64,000 nucleotides of DNA from Candidatus Latescibacterota bacterium. GTDB taxonomy: Bacteria; Latescibacterota; UBA2968; UBA8231. The notes under the pieces are model-generated. The model made no database searches. It had not been told where the DNA came from and saw only the letters and a program-made list of their open reading frames with translations. This document shows, piece by piece, positions 21,485-31,019 of the stretch. Where the stretch lies: positions 2,720,001 to 2,784,000 of the forward strand of contig OZ241889.1 in assembly GCA_965203355.1 (NCBI GenBank). Reading direction: 5' to 3'. The translations under genes and the position numbers were made by a program. Each line of letters begins with the position of its first letter. Positions within the stretch are counted from its first letter, which is position 1.

Positions 21485-22776
21485 CGGCGTGGTTGCGGCA
21501 GGCGCTTGAGGACGGCGGTTATTTCCGCGGGCGTCTGCGCGGCGAGCATGTCGCGGTGCGTAGTGTCGGTGTGCATCAAGGTCGCGATCTGGGCGAGGAT
21601 CGGGATGTAGCTGCGGTAGTTTTGTTCTGGGGTCAACAGCAAGAAGATGAAGCGGACCGGCTCGGGGGTAGGGCCTTCAAAGTCAATGCCTTGTCGGCAA
21701 ATTCCCAAACAGCCGATGATCCCGTCCAGATCGGGGATGGGCGCATGGGGGATGGCCGTGCTGTGTCCCAGCGAGGTCGAGCCTTTGCGCTCGCGCGCGA
21801 ACGCGGTCTCAAGAACGATCTGGCGTCCGCTGGCGGGGATTTGTTTTTCTTCTATTAACACATCGACCATCTGAGCAATGGCATCCCACTTGTCGTTGGG
21901 GGTGAGGTCCAAGCGGATGGTGTGTTCCCAGAAAATGCGACTTAGCTGTAGGTCGCTGGCCGCGGCTGAGCGGACCATTAGCACTGAACAAGGCACCTGA
22001 TAGGCGATCTGATCCGGGATAGAGCCCGCGAGGTGTTCCGCTTGACGCCAGTCGTTTGAGGCACCCAGTACGATCAAATCGTGGACTTGCGCCTTTTCGA
22101 CAATGGCTGGGACCACATCAATGGCTGGGACCACAGTCAGCGGTGCGTCAATTCCCAAGAGTTCTAGTTGCCTGCGGGTATCTACGGCTAGCTGCGAACA
22201 ATAGCGCTGGAGGATCGGGTCGGAGGGGGCACGGGTGTCGCGGACGATGCGGAGGATTTCCAGTTTAGCACCCCAAGTCCGGGCCAGATCGTAGGCGATC
22301 TGTACGCCTACCAGCGCGTGATTGCCGCCGCTGAAGGGCACGAGAATCCGGCGCACTGGTCCGCTCTTCTTTTCTTTAAAAATTAAGGTGTCGATGTCGA
22401 CGTCCTTGGTCAGGGCGCGGTTGGGCGCGGATAGAATCGCGTCGCGCTCGACATTGGCTTTCCAGGCCATGAGCATCATGTTGCAACTCCAGCGGCGGAC
22501 CGCCTGCTGAATTCCGTGCGTCACGTCCGCGTCTTTTTCCAAATGCGCGATAGCGCCGACGTTGTGAGCCATGGCCCGGTTGGCCGAAACCTGGAGCACT
22601 TGTTTCAGGTTGGGCAGAGGCTCAGCATCGGGCGTCAGGATGTGGATCAGATGCAGCTCACCCCAAGGGGAAGGGGCGAGGGTCGCGGCCAAGTCGACGA
22701 GAGTGTGTTCTTGGTGCGGATTTTCGAGCGGTACCAGAATGCGAAGTTGAGCAGGCGACATCTTGTTGGAGGTCAA
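21481..22776 (-). CDS. Tandem universal-stress-protein domains fused to a PTS EIIA (Ntr/fructose-type) domain
   Basis: RILVPL…, RRILVPFSGG…DLIVLGAS…GSIPDQI…CSVLMVR, then RERKGSTSLGHSTAIPHA…GIDFE…FIFLLL. Confidence 0.8.
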   Translation of the reverse strand: MTSNKMSPAQLRILVPLENPHQEHTLVDLAATLAPSPWGELHLIHILTPDAEPLPNLKQVLQVSANRAMAHNVGAIAHLEKDADVTHGIQQAVRRWSCNMMLMAWKANVERDAILSAPNRALTKDVDIDTLIFKEKKSGPVRRILVPFSGGNHALVGVQIAYDLARTWGAKLEILRIVRDTRAPSDPILQRYCSQLAVDTRRQLELLGIDAPLTVVPAIDVVPAIVEKAQVHDLIVLGASNDWRQAEHLAGSIPDQIAYQVPCSVLMVRSAAASDLQLSRIFWEHTIRLDLTPNDKWDAIAQMVDVLIEEKQIPASGRQIVLETAFARERKGSTSLGHSTAIPHAPIPDLDGIIGCLGICRQGIDFEGPTPEPVRFIFLLLTPEQNYRSYIPILAQIATLMHTDTTHRDMLAAQTPAEITAVLKRLPQPRR

Positions 22777-22956
22777 AAAAGGGGAGTCGGTGCGGGGACG
22801 CAGCCTTTACCTAGCGCAGGCTAATTGACTAACCATATTATATCGACATGAGTCCATGACCACAGCCTCATCTATTTTAGCCCTTTTTTAATAGTTTGAC
22901 AACCTTATCATGGGCATCTTGTTCAGCGACTACATTCCCTCCCCTCGCCGCGTGAC

Positions 22957-23212
22957 TTGGCAGCCAGAGTTTGCGGATTCCTCACCAAACAATACGTACA
23001 ATTAGGCCCGGTATTCGAAGTTAGGGCGTTCCAGCGAAAGATCGTCGTCCTAGCGGGCATTGAAGCCAATCTGTTTATGTTATGGCGCGCAAGGGTAAGT
23101 CCTATCTGCGTTCTTATGAAAACTGGGGGCCATTTGCGAAAGAGTTGGATGCAACACGCATTCTTACGAGCATGGATGGTAGCAAACTGGAGCATTGCTT
23201 GACAACCCCATG
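22957..23212 (+). pseudogene. Cytochrome P450 N-terminal remnant with frameshift
   Basis: GFLTKQYVQLGPVFEVRAFQRKIVVLAGIEANLFM continues, after a TTATG duplication at ~23076-23085, as ARKGKSYLRSYENWGPFAKELDATRILTSMDG. This matches P450 helix A to B'/C; the rest of the gene is absent. Confidence 0.7.
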
Positions 23213-23227
23213 AACGTCGGCTATACT
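23199..23227 (+). promoter_or_regulatory. sigma70 promoter of the amidohydrolase operon
   Basis: TTGACA-N17-TATACT ending 25 nt before the ATG at 23253. Confidence 0.75.
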
Positions 23228-23252
23228 GGCCGACCTAAAAAGACGGAGATTC

Positions 23253-24608
23253 ATGCGGAGCAAAGAGGAATTAAAGGCCGTAGTCTGTGCGGCGATTGAT
23301 CGGCGGAGCGAACAGATTATCGGGCTGGGAGAAGCCATCATGGACCAACCCGAATTGGGCTTTAAGGAAGAGCAGACAGCCCGCCGCGTCTGCGAAAGTT
23401 TTGCCGACCTCGGATTGCAGTACGAGCGGGAACTTGCGCTGACTGGTGTAAAGGCCCGTTTCAAGGGGCAGCAATCAGGTCCGACTGTGGTGCTGATGGG
23501 TGAACTCGACGCACTCATCGTGCCCGATCATCCGCGCGCCGACCCGGCAACTGGAGCGGCACACGCTTGTGGGCATAACGCCCAGATCGCCGGGATGCTA
23601 GGTGCCGCCCATGGGCTTGTAGCGGCCGGTGTCAGTGAGGAACTGGCCGGGGAAATCGCGTTTTTCGCCGTACCCGCAGAAGAGTACGTCGAAATAGACT
23701 ACCGCTTAGGACTGGTCGAGAAAGGCAAGATTTCGTTTTTAGGAGGCAAGCCTGAGTTGGTCGAACTGGGGCACTTCGACGACGTAGATATGGCTGTGAT
23801 GATCCACACCAGCAGTTCGGCCCAAACCGAGGGGGCGGTGGGGATCGCCTGTTCGTCCAATGGCTTCTTGGCCAAGAATGTGCGTTTCATTGGCCGGGCC
23901 GCCCACGCCGGGGGGGCACCGGAGAAAGGCATCAACGCGCTCAGCGCGGCGACCCTTGCCCTCAGCGCGATTGACGCTCAGCGCGAGACCTTCCGCGACC
24001 AGGACTGTGTGCGGGTGCATCCGATCATCACGAAGGGGGGCGATCTGGTCAATATAATCCCGGCTGAGGTGCGTCTGGAAACCTATGTCCGCGCTCGTAC
24101 CTCCGAAGCGATACTCGATGCGTCGCACAAGGTTGATCGGGCACTGCGGGGAGCGGCGGTCGCCCTCGGCTGCTCAGTTGAGATCGAAACAATGCCCGGA
24201 TACCTGCCCCTGTGCAACGATCCCGACTTAGGGCAGCTTTTCAAGGATAACGCCACGCGAATTTTCGGCCCAGATCAGTACCGGGATTATCCGCACGGCG
24301 GCGGCTCCACCGACGCAGGTGATCTCAGTCAGATCATGCCAGTGCTACATCCAGTTATGACCGGGGCCAGCGGTGCCGTGCATGGACCCGATTGGAGCAT
24401 CGCCGACCCAGTCGCTGGGTACCTCGCTCCGGCCAAGGTCCTAGCCATGATGGCCATCGACCTACTGTACGGCGATGCTTCCGCAGCTCGGGACATTCTG
24501 CAAACTCATGCGCCCAACATGAGCAAGGGCGAATATCTCCAACAGCAAAAGGCACTCTTTCGCCGGGCGCTCTTCGCCGGTGATCGAGCCGGGGAGAATA
24601 CAACGTGA
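23253..24608 (+). CDS. M20 family amidohydrolase (Acy1L2/AbgB-like)
   Basis: PELGFKE, GELDAL, HACGHN, PAEE, GRAAHAG, GSTDAGD. Confidence 0.9.
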   Translation: MRSKEELKAVVCAAIDRRSEQIIGLGEAIMDQPELGFKEEQTARRVCESFADLGLQYERELALTGVKARFKGQQSGPTVVLMGELDALIVPDHPRADPATGAAHACGHNAQIAGMLGAAHGLVAAGVSEELAGEIAFFAVPAEEYVEIDYRLGLVEKGKISFLGGKPELVELGHFDDVDMAVMIHTSSSAQTEGAVGIACSSNGFLAKNVRFIGRAAHAGGAPEKGINALSAATLALSAIDAQRETFRDQDCVRVHPIITKGGDLVNIIPAEVRLETYVRARTSEAILDASHKVDRALRGAAVALGCSVEIETMPGYLPLCNDPDLGQLFKDNATRIFGPDQYRDYPHGGGSTDAGDLSQIMPVLHPVMTGASGAVHGPDWSIADPVAGYLAPAKVLAMMAIDLLYGDASAARDILQTHAPNMSKGEYLQQQKALFRRALFAGDRAGENTT

Positions 24609-25369
24609 AGCTCGGTATGGTGACGTACAATTTAGGCCGCAATTGGGATTTGGAGACTCTGATTACCCATTGCGAGGAAACTGGTTTTGCCGGAGTTGAG
24701 TTGCGGACGACACATGCCCACGGAGTCGAAGTGGCACTCAGTGCAGCCGAGCGGGCCGCGGTCAAGAAGCGCTTTGCCGACTCGGCGGTCGAACTGGTAG
24801 GATTGGGCAGTGCTTTTGAATACGACGCCGTCGATCCTCAGGTTGTGCGGAGCCACATTGACGGGACCAAAGAATACGTGCGCTTGGCTCGCGATCTCGG
24901 GGTCGGCGGAGTCAAGGTGCGTCCCAACAACGTCCACCTAGATGAGGGGATTTCCATTGAGCAGACGTTAGAGCAGATCGGTGTCAGCTTGCGCGAGTGT
25001 GGCGAATTCGCCCGAGATCTAGGGGTGCAGATCCGTTTAGAGGTCCACGGCCGCACCACTTCAAATCCAGCCAACATCCGCAAGATTCTCGACTACGCCG
25101 ACCACGACAATGTCTTCGTCTGCTGGAACTCCAATGCGACGGACTTAGTTGACCGCTCCATCGACGGCAGTTTCGCCGCCTTGCAGGAGGCCATTGCCTT
25201 GGTCCACATTACCGAGTTGTGGAGCGATTACCCGTGGAGGCGGCTCTTTACCCTGCTGCGGCAGAGCGGCTACGCAGGTTATTGTCTCGCAGAAGTTCCC
25301 GAAAGCCCAGAACCCGTGCGCCTGATGCGCTATTATCGAGCCTTGTGGCAGGCCCTCGCCGAAGGCTAG
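24605..25369 (+). CDS. Sugar phosphate isomerase/epimerase (xylose isomerase-like TIM barrel)
   Basis: GFAGVELR, RLEVHG, LVHITEL, GYAGYCLAE. Confidence 0.8.
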   Translation: MKLGMVTYNLGRNWDLETLITHCEETGFAGVELRTTHAHGVEVALSAAERAAVKKRFADSAVELVGLGSAFEYDAVDPQVVRSHIDGTKEYVRLARDLGVGGVKVRPNNVHLDEGISIEQTLEQIGVSLRECGEFARDLGVQIRLEVHGRTTSNPANIRKILDYADHDNVFVCWNSNATDLVDRSIDGSFAALQEAIALVHITELWSDYPWRRLFTLLRQSGYAGYCLAEVPESPEPVRLMRYYRALWQALAEG

Positions 25370-25378
25370 CGAGGGGCG

Positions 25379-26230
25379 ATGCCTGAGATCGCCTATATCA
25401 ACGGCCGCTTCTGTCCATTGGCCGAAGCGGTGGTGTCGGTCGAAGACCGGGGCTATCAGTTCGCCGATGGGGTCTATGAGGTCGTTGGGACTTACGGAGG
25501 ATGTCCCTATGCCTTAGAGCCGCATTTGCTGCGCCTGCAGGGCAACCTAGAAGCACTGCACTTGCCGTTAGATATCCGCGAGTATGGCCTTAAGGCCAAG
25601 CTGATGGAGGGCATTGAGCGAAGCGGTTTTGGCGAAACCTTAGTCTATATCCAAATCACGCGAGGGGTCGCCCCTAGACAACACGATTTTCCCGCGGTCC
25701 CGATCGTGCCCACGGTCGTAATGACGTTTAAGGAATTGCGTCGCTTGCCCAGGGATCGCTACGACCGAGGCGTCGAGGTTATTAGCACCGAAGACTTGCG
25801 CTGGAAGCGCTGCGATATCAAGAGCATCGCCTTACTCCCCAACATCTTGGCCAAACAGGCGGCGACGCAAGCCGGGGCTTTTGAGGCACTGCTGGTCGAT
25901 GCGGAAGGCCGGGTCACCGAAGGAGCTTCAACCAGTACCTTCTGCGTCCAGTCAGGTAGATTGTGCACCGCGCCGATTGGCCCCCATATCTTGCCGAGTA
26001 TCACCAGAGGGATTCTCCTCGATTTGGCCCGCGCGCTCGGCATACTTATCGACGAAAAGTTTTGTACGCTGGATCAATTTAAGGAAGCCGACGAGGTTTT
26101 TATCGTCGGTACTACCCTTGAAGCGATGCCGGTGGTACAAATCGATAATGCCATTATCGGCGATGGTGTGCCGGGGCCGATAACGCAGCAGATCCGCGCC
26201 GCGTTTCTGGAGTCGCTGGATTTGACCTGA
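25379..26230 (+). CDS. dat: D-amino acid aminotransferase (PLP fold type IV)
   Basis: DRGYQFADGVYEV, YIQITRG, RWKRCDIKSIALL, TEGAS, ILPSITR. Confidence 0.88.
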   Translation: MPEIAYINGRFCPLAEAVVSVEDRGYQFADGVYEVVGTYGGCPYALEPHLLRLQGNLEALHLPLDIREYGLKAKLMEGIERSGFGETLVYIQITRGVAPRQHDFPAVPIVPTVVMTFKELRRLPRDRYDRGVEVISTEDLRWKRCDIKSIALLPNILAKQAATQAGAFEALLVDAEGRVTEGASTSTFCVQSGRLCTAPIGPHILPSITRGILLDLARALGILIDEKFCTLDQFKEADEVFIVGTTLEAMPVVQIDNAIIGDGVPGPITQQIRAAFLESLDLT

Positions 26231-26243
26231 AAAAGGGTACGAC

Positions 26244-26286
26244 ACACACAAAAGGGGAGGCACTCAGCACCTCCCTTTTTGTGTGT
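26244..26286. terminator. Bidirectional intrinsic terminator
   Basis: ACACACAAAAGGGGAGG…CCTCCCTTTTTGTGTGT hairpin between convergent dat and ALDH. Confidence 0.85.
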
Positions 26287-26297
26287 TACCAGAGGTT

Positions 26298-27707
26298 TTA
26301 ATGAATGACGATCATTTTGGTTTCGGTCATTTCCTCTACCGCATATCGCGGGCCTTCTTTGCCCATGCCGCTTTCCTTTAGGCCGCCGTAGGGCATCAGA
26401 TCCGCACGCCACTGAGTGCCCCAGTTGATGTGGATATTGCCCGATTCCACTTGCTGGGCAAACTGGAGAGCCCAGTTGAGGTTCTCGGTAAAAATTGCGG
26501 CGCTGAGACCGTAGTTGGTGTCGTTGGCCATGGCGATGGCTTGGTCGATATCGTCGATTCGACTGACGCCGAGTGCCGGACCAAAAATCTCATCGCAAGA
26601 GACCTTCATCTCCGGTGCTACATCGGCTAGAATGGTCGGGGCATGCATCGTGCCCTCGCGGATTCCGCCCGTGACGATGCTAGCCCCAGCCCCAACGGCT
26701 TCTCGGACCCAAGCTTCGACGCGCTCGGCGTCTTGGATGCGGATCATGGGCCCCATCTTGACATTTTCATCGAGGGGATTGCCGGTCGTCAGGGCTTCGA
26801 CCGCGGGTTTGAGGGCGTCGATAAAATCTCCATACACTTCGCTGCTGGCGAATACTCGCTGAGTCGAAATACAGACTTGGCCCGCGTTGGCAAAGCCGGT
26901 ATTGGCGGTGGCGGCAGCGACCTTTTCGAGATCGGCGTCCGGCATGACAATCAGCGGAGAATTGGAACCCAACTCCATCGTCACTTTCTTCAGGCCAGCG
27001 ACTTGACAGATGTGTTCGCCGACATCGCGGCTGCCCGTGAAGCTGATTTTGCGAACCTTGGGATTGGAACTGATCGCGTCGCCAATGACGCCGCCCGAAC
27101 CCGTGACGCACTGAATGGCTTCCGCTGGCAGGCCCGCGTCGACAAAAATTTCGGTTAGTTTGAGGGCCGAAAGCGGGGTGTCGCTGGCGGGTTTGATGAT
27201 GATCGAATTCCCCGCAGCCAGTGCCGGGCCCACTTTGTGGCAGACGAGATTGAGTGGGAAGTTAAAGGGCGTAATGGCGGCTACCACGCCGCAAGGGACC
27301 CGCAGCGTAAAGCCAAATTTGCCCGCCCCGTTAGAGGCCCCGCTCAGATCGAGCGTTTCACCGGTCAGGCGCTTGGCTTCCTCGGCAGACAGGACAATGG
27401 TCTCTTGAGCACGGGACGCTTCGCCCATGCCCTCGGCGAGTATCTTGCCCTCTTCAAGAGTGATAGTGCGCCCTAGGTCGTCGAGCCGCTCTAGCATTAG
27501 ATCGGCTGCGCGATGGATGATCTCGTAGCGCTCATAGGCACTCATTGCGGCCATGACCTTGGCACCGCGCTCGGCCGAGTCAATGGCGCGGTTGACGTCT
27601 GCGGCGTCGCCCCTTGGCACGGTGTCGATGACCGAGCCATCATAGGGATTGACGATGTCCATGGTTTCGACTTTGTCAACCCATTCTCCGGCGATGTACA
27701 TCTTCAT
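26298..27707 (-). CDS. NAD(P)-dependent aldehyde dehydrogenase (lactaldehyde DH/GapN-like subgroup)
   Basis: ITPFNFPLNL, KPAS, FTGS, MELGSN, GQVCIS, EIFGP, PYGGLKESG. Confidence 0.93.
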   Translation of the reverse strand: MKMYIAGEWVDKVETMDIVNPYDGSVIDTVPRGDAADVNRAIDSAERGAKVMAAMSAYERYEIIHRAADLMLERLDDLGRTITLEEGKILAEGMGEASRAQETIVLSAEEAKRLTGETLDLSGASNGAGKFGFTLRVPCGVVAAITPFNFPLNLVCHKVGPALAAGNSIIIKPASDTPLSALKLTEIFVDAGLPAEAIQCVTGSGGVIGDAISSNPKVRKISFTGSRDVGEHICQVAGLKKVTMELGSNSPLIVMPDADLEKVAAATANTGFANAGQVCISTQRVFASSEVYGDFIDALKPAVEALTTGNPLDENVKMGPMIRIQDAERVEAWVREAVGAGASIVTGGIREGTMHAPTILADVAPEMKVSCDEIFGPALGVSRIDDIDQAIAMANDTNYGLSAAIFTENLNWALQFAQQVESGNIHINWGTQWRADLMPYGGLKESGMGKEGPRYAVEEMTETKMIVIH

Positions 27708-27784
27708 GGTTAAATTCCTTTTTGAGGTGGTGGTAGTAGTCAACAAGTTAAGTGTGCGCTTCTACCTGTCAAGCGAGTCTAGGA

Positions 27785-29227
27785 TTAGATGCCTAAGCGA
27801 TTTTCATAGGACAAGGGGCGTCCCTCGGCATTGAGTAAGGGCTGCGGCGGGGCCTTCTTTTGAGTTAGCAAGCTGACGATTACTAGGGCAAGAGCGGAAA
27901 AGGGCACAGCCAAAAGGTCGGCTGGCAAATCTGCGGGGAGCATCCTCAGTACCTGCCAAGCGCACAGGCCAACTCCTATAGCGGCTAAGGCCCCAGGACC
28001 GTTGCTCTTGGGCCACCACAAGCCAGCAGTTAGCGGGACGAATAGCGAGGCGAGGAGCACGGACCAAGAATTAACCATCAAGTCGTAAACTGAAGCAGTC
28101 TGTAGGGCCAATAGTAGCGATAGTGCGCCCAACAGGAGGACGGACAAGCGCGTCAGGCGTAGCGAGGACCGCTCTTCGGCATCGGGCTTGAAGTAGCGCA
28201 GGATATCCCAGCCAATGACACTCGCTGGAGCGAGCAGGGCACTGTCGGCACTGGATAGGAGGGCCGAGACGAGGGCACCCATAAAGAGCACCAAGGCCAG
28301 ATCTGGAAGGTATTTTAATGCGAGAGCCATCATTACCAGATCGGGGTCGGCCAAATCCGGGAGGACGACCGCACCCGCCATGCCGAGAAAAACGGGCAAC
28401 AGCCCGACTGTTATATAGAGCAGCCCCGCGAGATAAGCGCTGCGGTAAGCCACTTTTTCGTCGCGGCTTGAAAGGCTGCGCTGGATTAGATCTTGGCCCG
28501 CTAGGTTGCCAAGGCCAATGACCAGCCAGTCGCGTACATAGGCCAACCAACTGGCCGCGTCGTCGCGAGGATAAAAATCAAAGCGAGAAGATGGGATTTG
28601 AGCGACGAGGGCCTTCCAGCCGCCCATGTCGTCGAAGAGGATTGGCGTTAAAATAAACAACCCGAGCACGAGGATCGTCACTTGGACGAAATCGGTCAGC
28701 GTGACGGCCCACATGCCACCGGCCCAAGTGTAAATCAGCACGATGGCTGCGGCTACACAGATGCCAACAGTGGGAGCAATGCCGGTCAGTATCTGCAAGA
28801 TCCGCCCAAAGGCCACCAAGAGCGAACCAGTCCAGCCGACATAGGCGGGAATGGTGCAAAGGCTGGCCAGCAGGCCCGCCTGCGGGCCGAAGCGGCTGCT
28901 AAAAAAGGATGAGATCGTCATCAAGCCCATGCGTCGCATCAGTCGCACGTAAAAGAGGCCGGCGATGAACAGGCACAAAGCCGCGCCAAAAGGGTCGGCA
29001 ATGACCGCGAGGATACCGCCCTTGTATGCAGCACTGGCAGCGCCAATGCAGATTCCACCACCAAACCACGTCGCAGCGAGAGTGGCGGTGCATAGCAACA
29101 GGGGCAGACGTTGACCGGCAACGATGAAATCGGTCGAGTTTTTGACGCGGCGACCCGCGTATAGGCCAACGCCGAGCATGGCCGCGAGATAGACAACCAA
29201 GCCGAGCAAGACCAATGGATTGGCCAT
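27785..29227 (-). CDS. Sodium:solute symporter (SLC5; resembles the high-affinity choline transporter subgroup)
   Basis: DFIVAGQRL, TLAATWFGGG, YTWAGGMWAVTLTDFVQ, LGNLAGQDLIQR, SALLSSADS. Confidence 0.88.
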   Translation of the reverse strand: MANPLVLLGLVVYLAAMLGVGLYAGRRVKNSTDFIVAGQRLPLLLCTATLAATWFGGGICIGAASAAYKGGILAVIADPFGAALCLFIAGLFYVRLMRRMGLMTISSFFSSRFGPQAGLLASLCTIPAYVGWTGSLLVAFGRILQILTGIAPTVGICVAAAIVLIYTWAGGMWAVTLTDFVQVTILVLGLFILTPILFDDMGGWKALVAQIPSSRFDFYPRDDAASWLAYVRDWLVIGLGNLAGQDLIQRSLSSRDEKVAYRSAYLAGLLYITVGLLPVFLGMAGAVVLPDLADPDLVMMALALKYLPDLALVLFMGALVSALLSSADSALLAPASVIGWDILRYFKPDAEERSSLRLTRLSVLLLGALSLLLALQTASVYDLMVNSWSVLLASLFVPLTAGLWWPKSNGPGALAAIGVGLCAWQVLRMLPADLPADLLAVPFSALALVIVSLLTQKKAPPQPLLNAEGRPLSYENRLGI

Positions 29228-29263
29228 GGCAAGATCCTTTTTGAAGATTATAATAACTAAAGG

Positions 29264-29307
29264 AGTGAAAATGGCCAACGACGCCACCCAAGTGGCGAAT
29301 CTGACCA
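29264..29307. promoter_or_regulatory. Putative upstream activator sequences for the PspF-like enhancer-binding protein
   Basis: AGTGAAAATGGCCAA (29264-29278) and TGGCGAATCTGACCA (29293-29307), ~80-120 bp upstream of the -24 box; they resemble PspF UAS half-palindromes (GTGAA…TCGCCA). Confidence 0.55.
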
Positions 29308-29341
29308 TTAAAATGTAATAAGTCGCTCTATATTTTTATCG

Positions 29342-29354
29342 TAATACATTGATT
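29342..29354 (-). promoter_or_regulatory. IHF binding site
   Basis: Minus strand AATCAAtgtaTTA matches WATCAANNNNTTR exactly and lies between the UAS and the sigma54 promoter. Confidence 0.7.
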
Positions 29355-29383
29355 TATAATAAATTATGAGTATTGTGAAATCT

Positions 29384-29399
29384 TGGCACGGCCCTTGCA
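29384..29399 (+). promoter_or_regulatory. sigma54 (-24/-12) promoter of pspA
   Basis: TGGCACG-GCCC-TTGCA matches the consensus TGGCACG-N4-TTGC(A/T). Confidence 0.9.
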
Positions 29400-29449
29400 A
29401 GGTCAGGAACAGTGAATGATACAATCCACTTAACCAAGGAAGGTGTACG

Positions 29450-30124
29450 ATGGCTAAAGGAGCCTTAGGAAGGATAAGGGATATTCTCAAATCCAATATC
29501 AACGAGATGCTTGACCGAGCCGAAGAGCCGGACAAGATGATCCGTCAGATGGTACGAGACATGGAAGAGGCGGTCGGCAAGGCCACGGCCTCGGTAGGGA
29601 CGGCTGTGGCCAACCACAAGCGGCTCGAACGCCAGTTCAACGACAAGCAAAGTCAGGTCACCGAATGGCAACGCAAGGCTGAAAGGGCCGTGGAAGCCGG
29701 CGAGGATGAACTGGCACGCCGGGCGTTGGAGCGCAAGGCGGTGTTTGCTAAAGCTGCTGAGGATTTGGCTCCGGCCGTGGAGGAGAGTCGGCAGACGGCC
29801 GAGCAGTTGCGCGAGCAGTTGCGCGAGCTAAAGACTAAGCTCGAAGAAGCGCGGACCCGGCAGGGCGCATTGGTCGCCCGTCACCAAGCCGCCCAAGCCC
29901 GCAAGCGTTTGGCTCAGAGCATTTCTGGGTTGGGTGAGGATGCATTTTCCAGCTTTGAACGCTTTGAGCAGAAAGTCGCAGAGAGCGAGGCCGAGGCGGC
30001 CGCGCACGTGGAGGTTTCGGGCGAGATGGAAAGCATTGAGAAAGAGATCCGCCAAGTCGAAGTCGATCACAGCGTTGACGATGAATTAAAAGCGCTAAAG
30101 GATAAGATGAAGAAAGACAAGTAA
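29450..30124 (+). CDS. pspA: Phage shock protein A (PspA/Vipp1/IM30)
   Basis: NINEMLDRAEEPDKMIRQ, WQRKAERAV…EDELARRAL, FERFEQKV, VDDELKALK. Confidence 0.95.
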   Translation: MAKGALGRIRDILKSNINEMLDRAEEPDKMIRQMVRDMEEAVGKATASVGTAVANHKRLERQFNDKQSQVTEWQRKAERAVEAGEDELARRALERKAVFAKAAEDLAPAVEESRQTAEQLREQLRELKTKLEEARTRQGALVARHQAAQARKRLAQSISGLGEDAFSSFERFEQKVAESEAEAAAHVEVSGEMESIEKEIRQVEVDHSVDDELKALKDKMKKDK

Positions 30125-30172
30125 CTCTATGGCTCGCAGTATGTTGTGAGATTTACTAAATTCGGGGAACTA

Positions 30173-30697
30173 ATGGCTTTGACAATGAGGTCGCCCGCCG
30201 CGGCAAAAAGCGAGGTAAGAAGTGCTATGGAAGGGGGATTCAAGCGCCTAGGTGCTCTTTTTCTCAAGGTAATGGCCGTGCCGATGGTACCGATAGGGCT
30301 GGGGTTTATGCTCTACGGCCTTTTTCAAATCCTCCATGCCGATGGTCCAGGTTCCCATTTCGAGTTTTTTGCTATTGGCGTCACCCAGACCATTTTCGGC
30401 AGTTTACTCTGGGTACTGGCCAAAAAGCTCGATGCGGCTGCGTACTTGGTCCGCTACCGACAGCGACAAAATCGCGTAGTGCGCCTGGCTCACAAGAGAA
30501 GCGGTCGCCTGACGGCGACCGAAACGGCGGCCGATACTGGGCTGACAGTCGAGGAGGCTTCGGAGATTCTCAAGCACTTGGCCGATCGGGGATTCGTCGA
30601 AGTCGAAATAACCGATTCCGGCCTGATCGTCTATCGCTTTCCCGAAGTGCTTTTCGCGCACGAGAAACACTGGAGCCGGGGTATTGAAAGTGCCTGA
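30173..30697 (+). CDS. Hypothetical protein, 2 TM plus C-terminal winged-helix-like domain
   Basis: Two hydrophobic helices, then GRLTATETAADTGLTVEEASEILKHLADRGFVEVEITDSGLIVYRF. Start uncertain. Confidence 0.7.
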   Translation: MALTMRSPAAAKSEVRSAMEGGFKRLGALFLKVMAVPMVPIGLGFMLYGLFQILHADGPGSHFEFFAIGVTQTIFGSLLWVLAKKLDAAAYLVRYRQRQNRVVRLAHKRSGRLTATETAADTGLTVEEASEILKHLADRGFVEVEITDSGLIVYRFPEVLFAHEKHWSRGIESA

Positions 30698-30734
30698 TAC
30701 AAACAGGCTATAGATTCGGACAGGGAGGGAGCAA

Positions 30735-31016
30735 ATGAATGGGGTTTTGCAGCTCGTTATTGGCGTCTGTTTCATTATCTTGTGCAGTGGATTGGTCAGT
30801 TGGGGCAACAAGTATTATTCGAGCCGCAGGGGACTAAACAAAAAAGCGAAACAAGAAGAGGATCGGATCGTCCAACGACTAGAGCAAGTTGAGCAGCGGC
30901 TGACCGAGGTACAGGATGTCATGATCGCCCTCAGCGAGAAGATTGATCGGCTGGAAGAGAGGGACAGGGCAGAGTCTAAGTCTTGGGAGTGCCGAGAACA
31001 ACGAGAGCAAGGCTAG
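30735..31016 (+). CDS. Small single-TM coiled-coil protein (PspB-like topology)
   Basis: GGAGG RBS; N-terminal TM followed by RIVQRLEQVEQRLTEVQDVMIALSEKIDRLE. Confidence 0.7.
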   Translation: MNGVLQLVIGVCFIILCSGLVSWGNKYYSSRRGLNKKAKQEEDRIVQRLEQVEQRLTEVQDVMIALSEKIDRLEERDRAESKSWECREQREQG

Positions 31017-31019
31017 GCT

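Noticed and set aside
22896-23207. TTGACAACC at both sides of the P450 relic as a target-site duplication
   Set aside because: The same 9-mer also occurs at 34291 as a -35 box, so a promoter motif explains it better.
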